From assembly GCA_020148055.1 (NCBI GenBank), contig JAHCRF010000004.1, forward strand, positions 1 through 49,596: a stretch of DNA of 49,596 bases, written 5' to 3'. Under the pieces are notes generated by a model, which had not been told where the DNA came from, searched no databases, and saw only the letters and a program-made list of their open reading frames with translations. This document shows, in pieces, positions 19,620 to 29,390 of the stretch (position 1 is its first letter; each line of letters starts with the position of its first letter). The translations under genes and the position numbers were made by a program. This DNA comes from Patescibacteria group bacterium (lineage in GTDB: Bacteria; Patescibacteriota; Minisyncoccia; Minisyncoccales; JAHCRE01).

Positions 19620-19832
19620 TTAAAATTTCTTTATTTTCTCGTTCAATTCTTTAAGCAAATTACCAAGATCAATTCCATAGATTTCGCAGATATCTCCAAT
19701 TTTTAAATTCTCCATTTCGTATTTAACAAAAGGACAACCCAAACAGGGTAAATTATATTTTGCTAAAATTTCCTTAGCTTCTGGAAATTTAAAAATCTCA
19801 GTCAAGGTTGTATCCTTTGTAATTTTTGACAT
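19620..19832 (-). CDS. DUF1858 domain protein
   Basis: ITKD...FPEA...CLGCP...LLKELN. Confidence 0.8.
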   Translation of the reverse strand: MSKITKDTTLTEIFKFPEAKEILAKYNLPCLGCPFVKYEMENLKIGDICEIYGIDLGNLLKELNEKIKKF

Positions 19833-19863
19833 ATTTCCCCCTTCTGACTTTTAATATTGTCTT

Positions 19864-20943
19864 TTAAAGAAGAATATTAAATATGTATCCCAAAATCAGA
19901 ATCTGTGGAACTGTTATAAGTGGGAGCCACAAAGCAGCTCTCTTACCAATGTTAGACCAAATCAATCCTATCTCTGTATAATCTGTTGCTACCCCTGCCA
20001 TCAAGAATACAAAAGAATTACCAAAAGCCCCTGTCTGTCTAAAAATTTCAAATGCCATTGGTGATGAACCCTCTGAGCATACCTCTATTATTGTTGCTAA
20101 GATCAGTGTTATTAATAGACCGAGTAAAGTCGGGCCCATATAATTCATAAAGAAGTCCTGAGGGATATATGCTCTCGCGACTGACGCCAAAAACATTCCA
20201 ATCAAAATCCACCATAAAACCATCCTTGTCAATTCCCAGGAACCTTTTAGAATACCAATACTATCTTTCTTCAAGTTATCTGGAGTAAACTTATATCCCT
20301 TCCATCTTCTTTTGATGTCTTTTAAAATTGAGAAGTCTTCCTCAATTTTAACCCCGTGTTTATTACATTCTATCAAACCTCTTCTATCTAATATTTGATA
20401 AATCAAACCAGTAACTATAGCAATAATAATTGCGAAGCCAATAAAAAATAATGCTTTAACGCCAAAGAATCCAAACAATATGATCGTGATTGGTAAATTA
20501 GCCCATGGAGAAGCTAATAAAAAGGCAATAACTGCTGGGGTAGAAGCACCTTTTTTATAAAGTTCCATTGATATAGCAAGAATTCCATGTGAACATGCAG
20601 ACATCAAAAACCCAAAACCAACAGAATAAAATATGGTGCTCTTTTTATGCTGGGCTAAATATTTTGAAATGTATTTTCTTGGAATGAAATGATCGATAAA
20701 TCCTCCAAGAAGCAAACCAACTATAATAGCCAACCAAATCATCTTAACATAGTCATAGAAAGAAAAAATCAAGTCATGAAGGATGGTTATACCAAAATAA
20801 TCAAGAATAAAATGGGTTATTTGAATTACAACTAAACCAAAGACGACCAAGAAAATTTTTTCTCTGTACCATCTTCCAGGTTTAGCACTACAAACCTCAC
20901 TACAAAAAGGGGTTCTTTTATTCACACCACTTTCGTTTCTCAT
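19864..20943 (-). CDS. DUF318/ArsP-like permease
   Basis: Multi-TM; SACSHG, FLLASP, EVCSEG. Confidence 0.8.
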   Translation of the reverse strand: MRNESGVNKRTPFCSEVCSAKPGRWYREKIFLVVFGLVVIQITHFILDYFGITILHDLIFSFYDYVKMIWLAIIVGLLLGGFIDHFIPRKYISKYLAQHKKSTIFYSVGFGFLMSACSHGILAISMELYKKGASTPAVIAFLLASPWANLPITIILFGFFGVKALFFIGFAIIIAIVTGLIYQILDRRGLIECNKHGVKIEEDFSILKDIKRRWKGYKFTPDNLKKDSIGILKGSWELTRMVLWWILIGMFLASVARAYIPQDFFMNYMGPTLLGLLITLILATIIEVCSEGSSPMAFEIFRQTGAFGNSFVFLMAGVATDYTEIGLIWSNIGKRAALWLPLITVPQILILGYIFNILL

Positions 20944-21257
20944 TTTGTCTCTTTATCAATCCATTTTAAAAATTTTGGATAACCTTTTTCGATTGATAAT
21001 GAAATTATACAAGGGATATCATAAGAATGTAATTCTTTTGCTCTTTTAATAACTTTATCAACCAATTCATCTTTTGTTTTAACTATCAGGGCTACTTCAC
21101 CTTCTCTTTGAATTTTTCTTTCCCAGCGATAAATCGATTTTATAGGGAATATATTAACACATGCTGCCAATCTTTCTTCAACCAATACTTCAGCTATTCT
21201 CTTGGCCTCTTTTCCATCAGTAGTTGTGATATAGATTAATTTATACATCCTATTCAA
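20940..21257 (-). CDS. cutA: Divalent-cation tolerance protein CutA
   Basis: LAACVN, SIYRW, HSYDIPCI; start may be 21248. Confidence 0.9.
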   Translation of the reverse strand: MNRMYKLIYITTTDGKEAKRIAEVLVEERLAACVNIFPIKSIYRWERKIQREGEVALIVKTKDELVDKVIKRAKELHSYDIPCIISLSIEKGYPKFLKWIDKETK

Positions 21258-21753
21258 ATGCTTTGGATATTAAATTACCGAGCCAATGGGAAATGACAAT
21301 GACAAATAGGGCTAATAAAATATGCTCAGAGATGAGTTTTATTGGACGCTCAGCCTTGATTTTAGCAATATAGAAATTCAAAACTATCAGGAGTAATACT
21401 CCCCACAAAACAGCAACAAAAATAGCAATTTTTAAAGGAAAAAGTAAAACAGGGATAGCAAAGGTTAAACTAAATCCAGAAACTGAGAGAAAAGCAAAAA
21501 GAGTGGTGAGCCAAACTTCCTTTGGAGCATGCTTTGATCTTCTTTTCTCGATTTCTGATTCTTCAACCAGATGTAAGCCCATAGCATCAGATAATCCGTC
21601 AGCTATCGCTATAATTATAATTCCAGCAACAACTGCTAATTTTGAGGAAGTAGCAGCAGATAATCCAACAATCATCCCTAAACTTGTAATCACTGCTGAA
21701 GTCAAACCAAAAGAAATTCCCGTAATTAATTGATGAGAATGTTTTTGAAGCAT
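21250..21753 (-). CDS. VIT1/CCC1-like membrane protein
   Basis: FGLTSAVITSLG, AIADGLSDAMG.H..EE; ATG at 21753 preferred. Confidence 0.7.
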   Translation of the reverse strand: MLQKHSHQLITGISFGLTSAVITSLGMIVGLSAATSSKLAVVAGIIIIAIADGLSDAMGLHLVEESEIEKRRSKHAPKEVWLTTLFAFLSVSGFSLTFAIPVLLFPLKIAIFVAVLWGVLLLIVLNFYIAKIKAERPIKLISEHILLALFVIVISHWLGNLISKAFE

Positions 21754-21757
21754 TTTT

Positions 21758-21900
21758 AGCCGTAATGAGCGAGGCAGCAAGACTCAAAGTAGCTTTCGCA
21801 GGCTTGTCAGTATGGTTCCGCTGAAGGCGGATGACAAGCCGAGAACGCAGGCTGCCGAATCTCGCTGGGATTCGGACAGCTGATACTTTGAGGATTGGCT
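21758..21900. repeat. Highly structured GC-rich intergenic element (REP/MITE-like or ncRNA)
   Basis: Nested IRs ctcaaagta/tactttgag, ggcttgtca/tgacaagcc, ccgc/gcgg, ccgaatc/gattcgg. Confidence 0.65.
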
Positions 21901-21917
21901 GCCGAGCAATTATCCTG

Positions 21918-22679
21918 CTATCCAGCAAGCCAACCGCCGTCAATAACCACTGTAGAGCCGGTCATATAAGAACTTTCTCCTGAGACTAAAAACAAAACTA
22001 AATTGGAAACCTCTTCTGGTTTTCCAACTCGGCGCATTGGAAGTCTGGCCAACATTGCTTCCATTGTTTTTGGGTCTTTTCTCACTGGATCAATCATTGG
22101 GGTCTCAATCATTCCCGGAGCAATAGTGTTAACTCGGATATTATAAGGAGCTAACTCTACTGCTGAAGCTTCGGTCATGGCTGCAATTCCTCCTTTTGAA
22201 GCGCAATAGTGAACAATATTGGGGAAACCAATTCCTTGCTGTCCCATGGCCACTGAAGCAATATTTATAATTACCCCTGCCTTTTGCTTTGCCATTTCTT
22301 TGGCTACTGCCTGGGTACACAAAAAATATCCTTTTAAATTGATATCCAAAGTCCTGTCCCAATCTTCCTCGGTTAACTCCAAAAATGGTTTGAATTGACA
22401 AATTCCGGCATTGTTTACCAAAATATCTATTTTGCCAAATTTCTCAATTGTTTTTTTAACCATCTCATCCACTTCTTCTTTTTTTGAAACATCACATTTT
22501 ACAGCAAGAGCTTGACCTCCTTCTTTTTTAATTTCTCCTACTACGACTTTACAATCTTCTTTTGAAATATCCGAAACCACTACTTTTGCTCCGGCTTTAG
22601 CTAAAACCAAGGCATGACTTTTACCCATCCCTTGCCGAGCACCAGTAATAATAGCTACTTTATCTTTTAGTTCAAACAT
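21918..22679 (-). CDS. Short-chain dehydrogenase/reductase
   Basis: TGARQGMG, NNAG, YCASK, IRVN. Confidence 0.92.
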   Translation of the reverse strand: MFELKDKVAIITGARQGMGKSHALVLAKAGAKVVVSDISKEDCKVVVGEIKKEGGQALAVKCDVSKKEEVDEMVKKTIEKFGKIDILVNNAGICQFKPFLELTEEDWDRTLDINLKGYFLCTQAVAKEMAKQKAGVIINIASVAMGQQGIGFPNIVHYCASKGGIAAMTEASAVELAPYNIRVNTIAPGMIETPMIDPVRKDPKTMEAMLARLPMRRVGKPEEVSNLVLFLVSGESSYMTGSTVVIDGGWLAG

Positions 22680-22737
22680 ATAGATTTTATTTTACTTATT
22701 TTTAAATTTTGGTTCGACCTTTGGCAAATTTTTAAAG

Positions 22738-23880
22738 TCATCCAAACATCAAAAGTTCGGGTTTAAATATTAGCAAAACTCCTAAAATAAATATTAATAA
22801 TCCTCCAATCAAAGTGGCCCAATAATTGTATTTTTCAGTAAAATCAACCCTACTCAGAGTGATCATTGCCAAAGAAAAAATTATTAAATCATCTAACATA
22901 AAAACAAAAGTATAAAGTAAAAGATAGAAATAATAACTAAAGGTGCTTAAGGAGTTAACGGCTAGGATTCGAGTATAAATAGCTGGCAAACCGGCTGAGC
23001 AAAAAAATTCAACCAAGTTTACTCCTAAAGCTAAAATAATTAATCCACCTATCATTGCCAAAGTAAATGGAGATGTAACTATTTTTTCGGCTCTTTCCTT
23101 TAATCCGTACTCAATTCTTGATTTCACCCCTAAAACTTTACAAACGCCGGGATGATAAGTAATAAAATTTTTAATTTGCCAAACTCCTACTCCAATTGCC
23201 AAGATTCCAATTAAGATTCTGGTTAAATTTACATAACTTATTGCCAAGAATAAATTTAACCAAGCAGTTAAAATCAAGTAATAGACAATACCAGAAGCTG
23301 CAATAAATATTCCTCCTACCAGCCACATTTTCTTTCGAGATCGAGTATTTATTAGAAGGGCAATTAAAAATAGCAAAACCCACATGGCACAGGGATTTAA
23401 TCCATCTAAAGCTCCTAAAACCACAGTAAGAGTTGGTAGAGATAATTGGAAAAGGTCAATTTCACCAAAAAAGGGAATTTTAATTTTATGAGAAATTTCT
23501 CCCTCCTGTCCTAAACACTCTTTCAGACAATTTTCGATGTTTTCAGCAATCTGCTGACTAAAACCAACGAAATATCTAGTAGGGGTAAAGGTTACCGGCA
23601 CCCGTCCTTGTTCTCCTTTTAATACTTGATATTTTTCATAAAAATTTTTTAGAATTTTTTGATTTTCCGGATAGCGAGTTACTTCGTATTGTTTTATCTC
23701 AATTTCTGGATATTTTTTCTCTAATTCCTCTAAAAATATTTTTTCTTCGGCACAATGAGGGCAAGTAACACTATAGAAAAAATGAATCTCAATTCGATTT
23801 TCTTGAGCCAGAATTAAGTCAACTTTCATTAAAGAACTTAAGAAAAAGATGGTGAATAATATCAAGAAAAATTTTTTCAT
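22738..23880 (-). CDS. Glutaredoxin-domain multi-pass membrane protein
   Basis: Signal peptide, CPHC, DGLNPCAMWVL, VEFFCSAGLP. Confidence 0.8.
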   Translation of the reverse strand: MKKFFLILFTIFFLSSLMKVDLILAQENRIEIHFFYSVTCPHCAEEKIFLEELEKKYPEIEIKQYEVTRYPENQKILKNFYEKYQVLKGEQGRVPVTFTPTRYFVGFSQQIAENIENCLKECLGQEGEISHKIKIPFFGEIDLFQLSLPTLTVVLGALDGLNPCAMWVLLFLIALLINTRSRKKMWLVGGIFIAASGIVYYLILTAWLNLFLAISYVNLTRILIGILAIGVGVWQIKNFITYHPGVCKVLGVKSRIEYGLKERAEKIVTSPFTLAMIGGLIILALGVNLVEFFCSAGLPAIYTRILAVNSLSTFSYYFYLLLYTFVFMLDDLIIFSLAMITLSRVDFTEKYNYWATLIGGLLIFILGVLLIFKPELLMFG

Positions 23881-23902
23881 ATTTCAAATTAATAAAATAT
23901 TC

Positions 23903-24319
23903 TTATTTTTTCACTAAATCGGCTAAGGTGATGGAATTTAAAGTTAAATTTAGGTTATCTTGAATTTTCTGCCAGACATTTTTTGTTAAACATATTTTTC
24001 TTCGCGGACAAAAAAATCTTTTTTCTTTTTCTTTTGCTATACAAAAAACCGGAGCCATTGTTCCCTCTAATATCCTTATTATTTCACCTACTTTAATTTT
24101 TTTAGGCTTTCGAGCTAAAAAATATCCTCCCTGAACACCTTTTTTGGCCTTAATCAAACCGGCCTTTTCCAATTTTGAGAATATCTTTTCCAAAAAATCA
24201 AAAGGGATCTCTTCCTCCTTTGAAATTTTTCTCAACGAACAGACTTCATCCTTTAAACGAGGATCTGCTAAATAGACCATTGCTCTTAGACCATATTGAG
24301 ATTTTTTTGAAACTCTCAT
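23903..24319 (-). CDS. Rrf2 family regulator (IscR-like)
   Basis: YGLRAM, KGVQGGY, three Cys; heads the iscS/iscU cluster. Confidence 0.9.
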   Translation of the reverse strand: MRVSKKSQYGLRAMVYLADPRLKDEVCSLRKISKEEEIPFDFLEKIFSKLEKAGLIKAKKGVQGGYFLARKPKKIKVGEIIRILEGTMAPVFCIAKEKEKRFFCPRRKICLTKNVWQKIQDNLNLTLNSITLADLVKK

Positions 24320-24360
24320 AGTTTGTGGTTTCTAAATTCGCAAAGCGAATTTGGAGTATT

Positions 24361-24414
24361 AATACCGACAATTATAGTCGGTTTTAATATAGCAGAGCCG
24401 AAATACTGTGTCAA
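24361..24414 (-). promoter_or_regulatory. Promoter plus IscR type-1-like operator
   Basis: TTGACA-17-TATATT (24386-24414); palindrome accgac-aattata-gtcggt (24364-82). Confidence 0.7.
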
Positions 24415-24517
24415 ATTTCTCTTTTATCTAGTAGTCTTTTTAACTTTTTAAAAATTAAAAAAATCGCTAAGCAATTTCGGAAGCTATATCATAATTATAA
24501 GGTATTTTAAAAACATT

Positions 24518-24543
24518 AAAAAACCCCGAGAAAAACTCTCGGG
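24518..24543 (-). terminator. Intrinsic terminator downstream of degV
   Basis: cccgag/ctcggg hairpin followed by a T-tract on minus; near-copy at 25598-25616. Confidence 0.6.
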
Positions 24544-24627
24544 CAAACGAGCTCCGAGGGACGGACGATGTTAGAATCTGTCTGATGATAGTTAATCCAG
24601 GACTCCCTATAGTTGACTAACACATAA

Positions 24628-25560
24628 TCATATTGCATGCCAGCCAGCAACTAAACTGCCTGGACCTAATCGAGAACCAACCAGGGTACAGACCAAGTTA
24701 GTGAAAGCAACTTCCGCATTTATTTTTTCTTTTAATATATTTTTTAATTTTTCAGCTCCTTCGGAATTATCGGCATGGACAATCACTATCCTAATTTTTT
24801 TACCTTTTTTTCTAATTTTTTTACTCTCCTTTTCGATTTTTTTGAAAAGAGCTTCGGAAATATCTTTTGCAAAAATTGAAAATCCCCCCTTGGTTATGAT
24901 GCCATTTTTTATCTCCATCAAAGGCCTTATTCCTATTTTTTTCATCTTTCTTATCCAATTTGCCTGAGAAGAGCTAATTCTTCCAATCGCCTCTACCCAT
25001 TTTGGATCTTCAAAAAGTAGATAAGTGTGAATTTTGGGAATTAAACTTTTGAATTCTTGAATAATCCCATCGATTTCTCTTTGTTCTCGAATTAATTCAA
25101 TTGCCCGCAAGACCAGAAGAGCTTGCCCAGCAGTAGCAGTTAGAGAATCGAGGATATAAACCTTAGAAGAATCATCTAACATTGTCCTTGCCTGATAGGC
25201 TGAATTGTAACACCCTGAAAGTTTTGAAGTAACGGTGATACAAAGAACTTTTTCGAATATTCGGAGTTGTTTTTGGAAAACTTCAAGATATGCTTTTGGA
25301 GAAGGTTGAGAAGTTTTTCCTAATTCTTTAATTCCTCTTTTTTCGGCTTCTCGCATCTTTTGATAAATATTTTCGCCCGGCAAATTAACTACTTCTGGCC
25401 AATCAAGGATAGCAGGAACTTCTTCAATATGATATTTTTCTACGATTTTTTGTGGAAGATCAGCAATATCTTCAACAACAATGCCAATGGGAACTTTGAC
25501 AGCAGGGTTGTTGTATCCTTTCTCTTCATCAGAAATATTGTTAATGCCTAAAAAATTCAT
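24628..25560 (-). CDS. DegV family fatty-acid-binding protein
   Basis: KTSQPSP, SKLSGCYNSA, LDS, VHAD, LGPG. Confidence 0.88.
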   Translation of the reverse strand: MNFLGINNISDEEKGYNNPAVKVPIGIVVEDIADLPQKIVEKYHIEEVPAILDWPEVVNLPGENIYQKMREAEKRGIKELGKTSQPSPKAYLEVFQKQLRIFEKVLCITVTSKLSGCYNSAYQARTMLDDSSKVYILDSLTATAGQALLVLRAIELIREQREIDGIIQEFKSLIPKIHTYLLFEDPKWVEAIGRISSSQANWIRKMKKIGIRPLMEIKNGIITKGGFSIFAKDISEALFKKIEKESKKIRKKGKKIRIVIVHADNSEGAEKLKNILKEKINAEVAFTNLVCTLVGSRLGPGSLVAGWHAI

Positions 25561-25675
25561 ATTATCAATTATATATCAATCGCAGGCAAAATAAAATCCC
25601 AAGAAAAACTCTCGGGGTGGCGGATGAAAATAAAAAAATCGATTTATTTAGTTTTATGCTTCTTTAAAAATTGTT

Positions 25676-25873
25676 TTAAATTTTCTTGATTTCTTTTTTG
25701 TATTTTTTCTTCTTTCTTTTTTGGACCTGCCACACCTTTAAAACTTGATTTGCGATTTCGTAAAGACAATAATAAACCTCTGGATCATAATGATCATAAT
25801 CCTTTTCTAATATCTTATCATAATAATCCCTCTCTAACATTTTCATTATGGGCCCTTTTCGTTTTAGATTCAT
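25676..25873 (-). CDS. Small hypothetical protein
   Basis: 65-aa ORF with an upstream extended -10 (TGGTAGAAT) and a downstream terminator-like hairpin. Confidence 0.5.
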   Translation of the reverse strand: MNLKRKGPIMKMLERDYYDKILEKDYDHYDPEVYYCLYEIANQVLKVWQVQKRKKKKYKKEIKKI

Positions 25874-26137
25874 AACGTTTTTTTATTCCTTTTTATTATT
25901 CTACCAAAAAACCGCCTTCTTGGCGATTCAATGCGGCTCGGTCGCTCGAACTGAGTACTAGCGTGCTCGGTCTAGCGGACGATTTTAGAACCTTTGAGTG
26001 GATAGATTTTATTAAATGTCCAGAATTAGCTTTAGCTCAAATAAATCAATTGCTCCAACTTGTCACACCTTAAAGACATTTCAGATATACCCTACTACTC
26101 ATTATTTCTTAAAAGACGGCAATTTGATTTATTTAAA

Positions 26138-26521
26138 TCATAATCTTTCTTTAACTCTTTTCACTAACTTTTCTAATGTCCAATTGGTTTTAATGAAATA
26201 ATCATACACTCTGCTTTCTAACGCCTCTGCTGTTTTTTCAGCAGCGCTTAGATTGGTTAAAATTACTACCCGAACATTTTTGCCCCACTCATCTTTCCGT
26301 AATTTTTTTAGCATCGTCATTCCGTCCATTTTTGGCATAATAATATCAAGTAAAATCAAATCAGGATGCTCTTTCAAGGCGAGTTTTAATCCTTCTTCCC
26401 CATTTTTTGCTTTAAGTACATGAAATCCTTCACTAGTAAAGGTATCAACCAGTGCTCGTAAGGTAGACACATCATCTTCAACCACTAAAATTGTTTTATT
26501 TTTCACTGATTGTTCTCGCAT
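26138..26521 (-). CDS. Stand-alone response regulator receiver
   Basis: LVVEDD, LLDIIMPKMDG, ILTN, K. Confidence 0.92.
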   Translation of the reverse strand: MREQSVKNKTILVVEDDVSTLRALVDTFTSEGFHVLKAKNGEEGLKLALKEHPDLILLDIIMPKMDGMTMLKKLRKDEWGKNVRVVILTNLSAAEKTAEALESRVYDYFIKTNWTLEKLVKRVKERL

Positions 26522-26556
26522 GTATTTATATTTTAGTCAATGATTATAAGAGTAAA

Positions 26557-28455
26557 TTAAATGCTCATCTTCTTACCCTTTTTCTTTCTCATTCCTTTCA
26601 AAGGAATTGTAACATAAAAAGTGGTGCCTTTATTTTCTTCTGATTCAAACCAGATTCTGCCACCAGATTGTTCCAGGACTGATTTTACAATATATAGTCC
26701 AAGACCAGTGCCATCTGGTTCTTTTTCAACTATATTGTCAGCTCGGAAAAATTTGGTGAATATTTGTGACTGTTGGTCGTTTGGAATGCCATATCCAGTA
26801 TCTGAAATTTTAATAAGTACATCGGATTTTCCTTTTTCCACTGAAACCTTCACTCTGCCTCCTTTAGGAGTATAATTGATAGCATTAGAAAGTAAATTTT
26901 GAAAAACAATATGCGTAATATTTGGATCAGTATTAACAATCAATGGTTTTTTGCCATAATCCTTTTCTAGTTTTAATTTTTTAGTTTTAATTTGTGGCAA
27001 AAGCTCTTTAAGGACAATATTCGCAATCTCGATAATGTTTATTGGCTCTGGCTTAATACCAAAAGTGCCAAGTTCTATTCTCGAGACATTTAAAAGAAGA
27101 TTTACCAATTGTACCAATCGTTGATTGGCGGTATAGATTTCTTTTAAATACTTTATTTGTTGATCATTAAGTTCGCCGGCCTTACCAAGAAGAAGCATTT
27201 CGGAATACCAATTAATATTAGTCAAAGGAGTGCGGAGTTGGTGAGAAGCTAAAGAGACAAACTCTGTTTTTGCCCGCTCAATCTTTTTGCGCTCAGAGAT
27301 ATCCTTTACTGTTGCGAAGTAGCTTATGACTTCTCCTTTCTCGTTTCTCAACCAGGATGGACTGACAATTACAGGAAAGCGTTCACCATTCTTTCGCATG
27401 AATATCATTTCAAAGTCTTCGAATTCTCCTCGTAATGTTTTTTTAAAAGCCTTTTGAATATTTTCATATTCTTCTGGTGCCCAATAAGGGTGGGGCGGCC
27501 CGACTCCAATCAGCTCCTCTCTAGTAAACCCTGTCATCTTACAAAGGGCCTCGTTGATATTAATATGAACACCTCGGCTATCAATTATAGAGAACCCATC
27601 CTTCATAGAAGCGATGAGGTTTTCTGCGAATTCTTTACTTTTCTTCAGCATCTCCTCTATCTTCTTCCGCTCAGTAATGTCGCGGATAACAGCTGCTATG
27701 CCTCTAACTCTTCCTTGAGTATCCTCAATCCTTTGTTTAACAACATGAAAGCACTTTTCACCAACCCATTCTTCTCTAGAGATAAAGCCAGATTTTAAAG
27801 CTTCTATGTCACTTCTCCTGCACCCTTCGGCAACTGTTTTTGGCATAAAATCAAAATCTGTCTTACCAATAATGTCTTTCACTTTGATGTTGAAAAGTTT
27901 CTCATGCGCTTTATTCGCGATTAAATATTTTAAATTTTTATCCTTAAGAAAGATAAGGTCGACTGATGAATTAACAAGTGATTCAATTTTCTTCTGATAG
28001 TTCTTAAGTTTTTCTTCTGCTTTTTTATTCTCGGTGACGTCTCTTACAATTACCAAAGAACCAACGATTTCCCCTTCACTTATAAATGGTGTAGTGATTA
28101 CCTCAACAATTATTCTCCTTCCATCTTTAGTAGTCCCCTCCACTTCATAATAAGGTGGAACTTTTTTGCCCCTTCGATCTTTTCTAAAATATTCAATGAT
28201 TTTTTTTCTATTTTCAGGATTAATGAATTTAATTTCTCTAAAATGGCGTCCCTTTATTTCTTTTGGACTAAATCCACTTATTTTTTTAACGGCGGGATTA
28301 ATATCAACAATCCTCCCTTCTTTATCAAGGATCACAATGACATCTCTTATGTTTTTAAATAAACTCCTGAATTTCTCTTCAAGTTTTTTTATATTCTTGT
28401 CATTTTTTTTGTCCCTCATCTTTATAATATCTATATTTGTAATTTGCATTTTCAT
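26557..28455 (-). CDS. Cytoplasmic histidine kinase with three PAS domains
   Basis: Three PAS/PAC repeats (RDVTE, RDITE, KDISE), SHQLRTPL, NLLSNA, DTGYG, GTGLGL. Confidence 0.93.
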   Translation of the reverse strand: MKMQITNIDIIKMRDKKNDKNIKKLEEKFRSLFKNIRDVIVILDKEGRIVDINPAVKKISGFSPKEIKGRHFREIKFINPENRKKIIEYFRKDRRGKKVPPYYEVEGTTKDGRRIIVEVITTPFISEGEIVGSLVIVRDVTENKKAEEKLKNYQKKIESLVNSSVDLIFLKDKNLKYLIANKAHEKLFNIKVKDIIGKTDFDFMPKTVAEGCRRSDIEALKSGFISREEWVGEKCFHVVKQRIEDTQGRVRGIAAVIRDITERKKIEEMLKKSKEFAENLIASMKDGFSIIDSRGVHININEALCKMTGFTREELIGVGPPHPYWAPEEYENIQKAFKKTLRGEFEDFEMIFMRKNGERFPVIVSPSWLRNEKGEVISYFATVKDISERKKIERAKTEFVSLASHQLRTPLTNINWYSEMLLLGKAGELNDQQIKYLKEIYTANQRLVQLVNLLLNVSRIELGTFGIKPEPINIIEIANIVLKELLPQIKTKKLKLEKDYGKKPLIVNTDPNITHIVFQNLLSNAINYTPKGGRVKVSVEKGKSDVLIKISDTGYGIPNDQQSQIFTKFFRADNIVEKEPDGTGLGLYIVKSVLEQSGGRIWFESEENKGTTFYVTIPLKGMRKKKGKKMSI

Positions 28456-28535
28456 TTTACCATCCCCAGGATTATCTACAAAACCCCGAAGAAAATTTGA
28501 GCGATAGCTCTTAAAAATTGATTTCCATCTAAAAA

Positions 28536-29030
28536 TTAAGATAACGGTTGGGACATAGGATAGTATTTAATTTCTTTAATCCTATAAATTATTTTTATTG
28601 GAGAAGTGATTATTATCTCATCGCCGGTCTTTCTTCCCAGAAGGGCTTTCCCGACTGGAGATTGAGAAGATATCTTTCCTTCGCTTGGATTGGCCTCTAA
28701 TGTTCCAACAATCATAAATTCATTGATTTTACCATCTTGTTCTTCTAAAGTGACGATTGCTCCCAGATTAACAATGCCCTGTTTTCCTTTAGGAGGAGTT
28801 TTAATTATCTTGACATTCTCTAATATGTTATCTAATTCAGCTATTCTAAACTCTAAACGGCTCAGATCTTCTTGAAAAGAAAGATATTCAGGGTTTACAT
28901 CTTGGGAGTGTAAAATCTTAGGCCTTGTGCCTTTAATTTTATTCAACCTAAGAACTTTAAGATCTTTATATTCTTTTTTTATTCTTTCTAATCCTTCTTT
29001 AGTTAGGTAAAATTTCTTTTTTTCTGCCAT
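28536..29030 (-). CDS. greA: GreA/GreB family transcription elongation factor
   Basis: YLTKEG, NPEY, IVGTLEANP..GKIS..SPVGKAL. Confidence 0.88.
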   Translation of the reverse strand: MAEKKKFYLTKEGLERIKKEYKDLKVLRLNKIKGTRPKILHSQDVNPEYLSFQEDLSRLEFRIAELDNILENVKIIKTPPKGKQGIVNLGAIVTLEEQDGKINEFMIVGTLEANPSEGKISSQSPVGKALLGRKTGDEIIITSPIKIIYRIKEIKYYPMSQPLS

Positions 29031-29044
29031 ATTATTTGGAATCT

Positions 29045-29300
29045 AAAGTGAAAGAACCTCCTGGATTTGGAGGTTCAGTAGTTTGTAAATTTTTTAATCT
29101 TTAGGGTTTTATCTTTCTCCTACTGAACCTCGCAAATAATTTTTTGGTAATGGTAATAAAGCACCAAACACCTCTATCAAGAATATGGCCAGTTAAGGAG
29201 TTTGAAAGATTAATTTTCTCTTTTTGCTTTCTCATTTTCTTAACTTTTTATCAATTCTCTCAACCGATTTCCATTATACCCGACCAAGAAACCCTGTCAA
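29045..29300 (-). promoter_or_regulatory. greA leader: promoter, 44-aa leader ORF, terminator/antiterminator
   Basis: TTGACA-16-TATAAT (29273-29300); ORF 29101-29235; terminator stem 29054-76; competing 12-bp helix 29070-81/29120-31. Confidence 0.6.
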
Positions 29301-29390
29301 GTTTTTCCAACTAATTCTTAGTTTAATGTGTCAAAATAATCTGTCAAGTCAACCTTTATCTTTCCATAAAGTTCTAATATAATTAAAATA

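Noticed and set aside
21599-21943. 114-aa ORF across the structured element
   Set aside because: It overlaps two real genes out of frame and is open mainly because the element is GC-rich.
26016-26201. 61-aa plus-strand ORF
   Set aside because: It overlaps the response regulator antisense and has no protein-like features.
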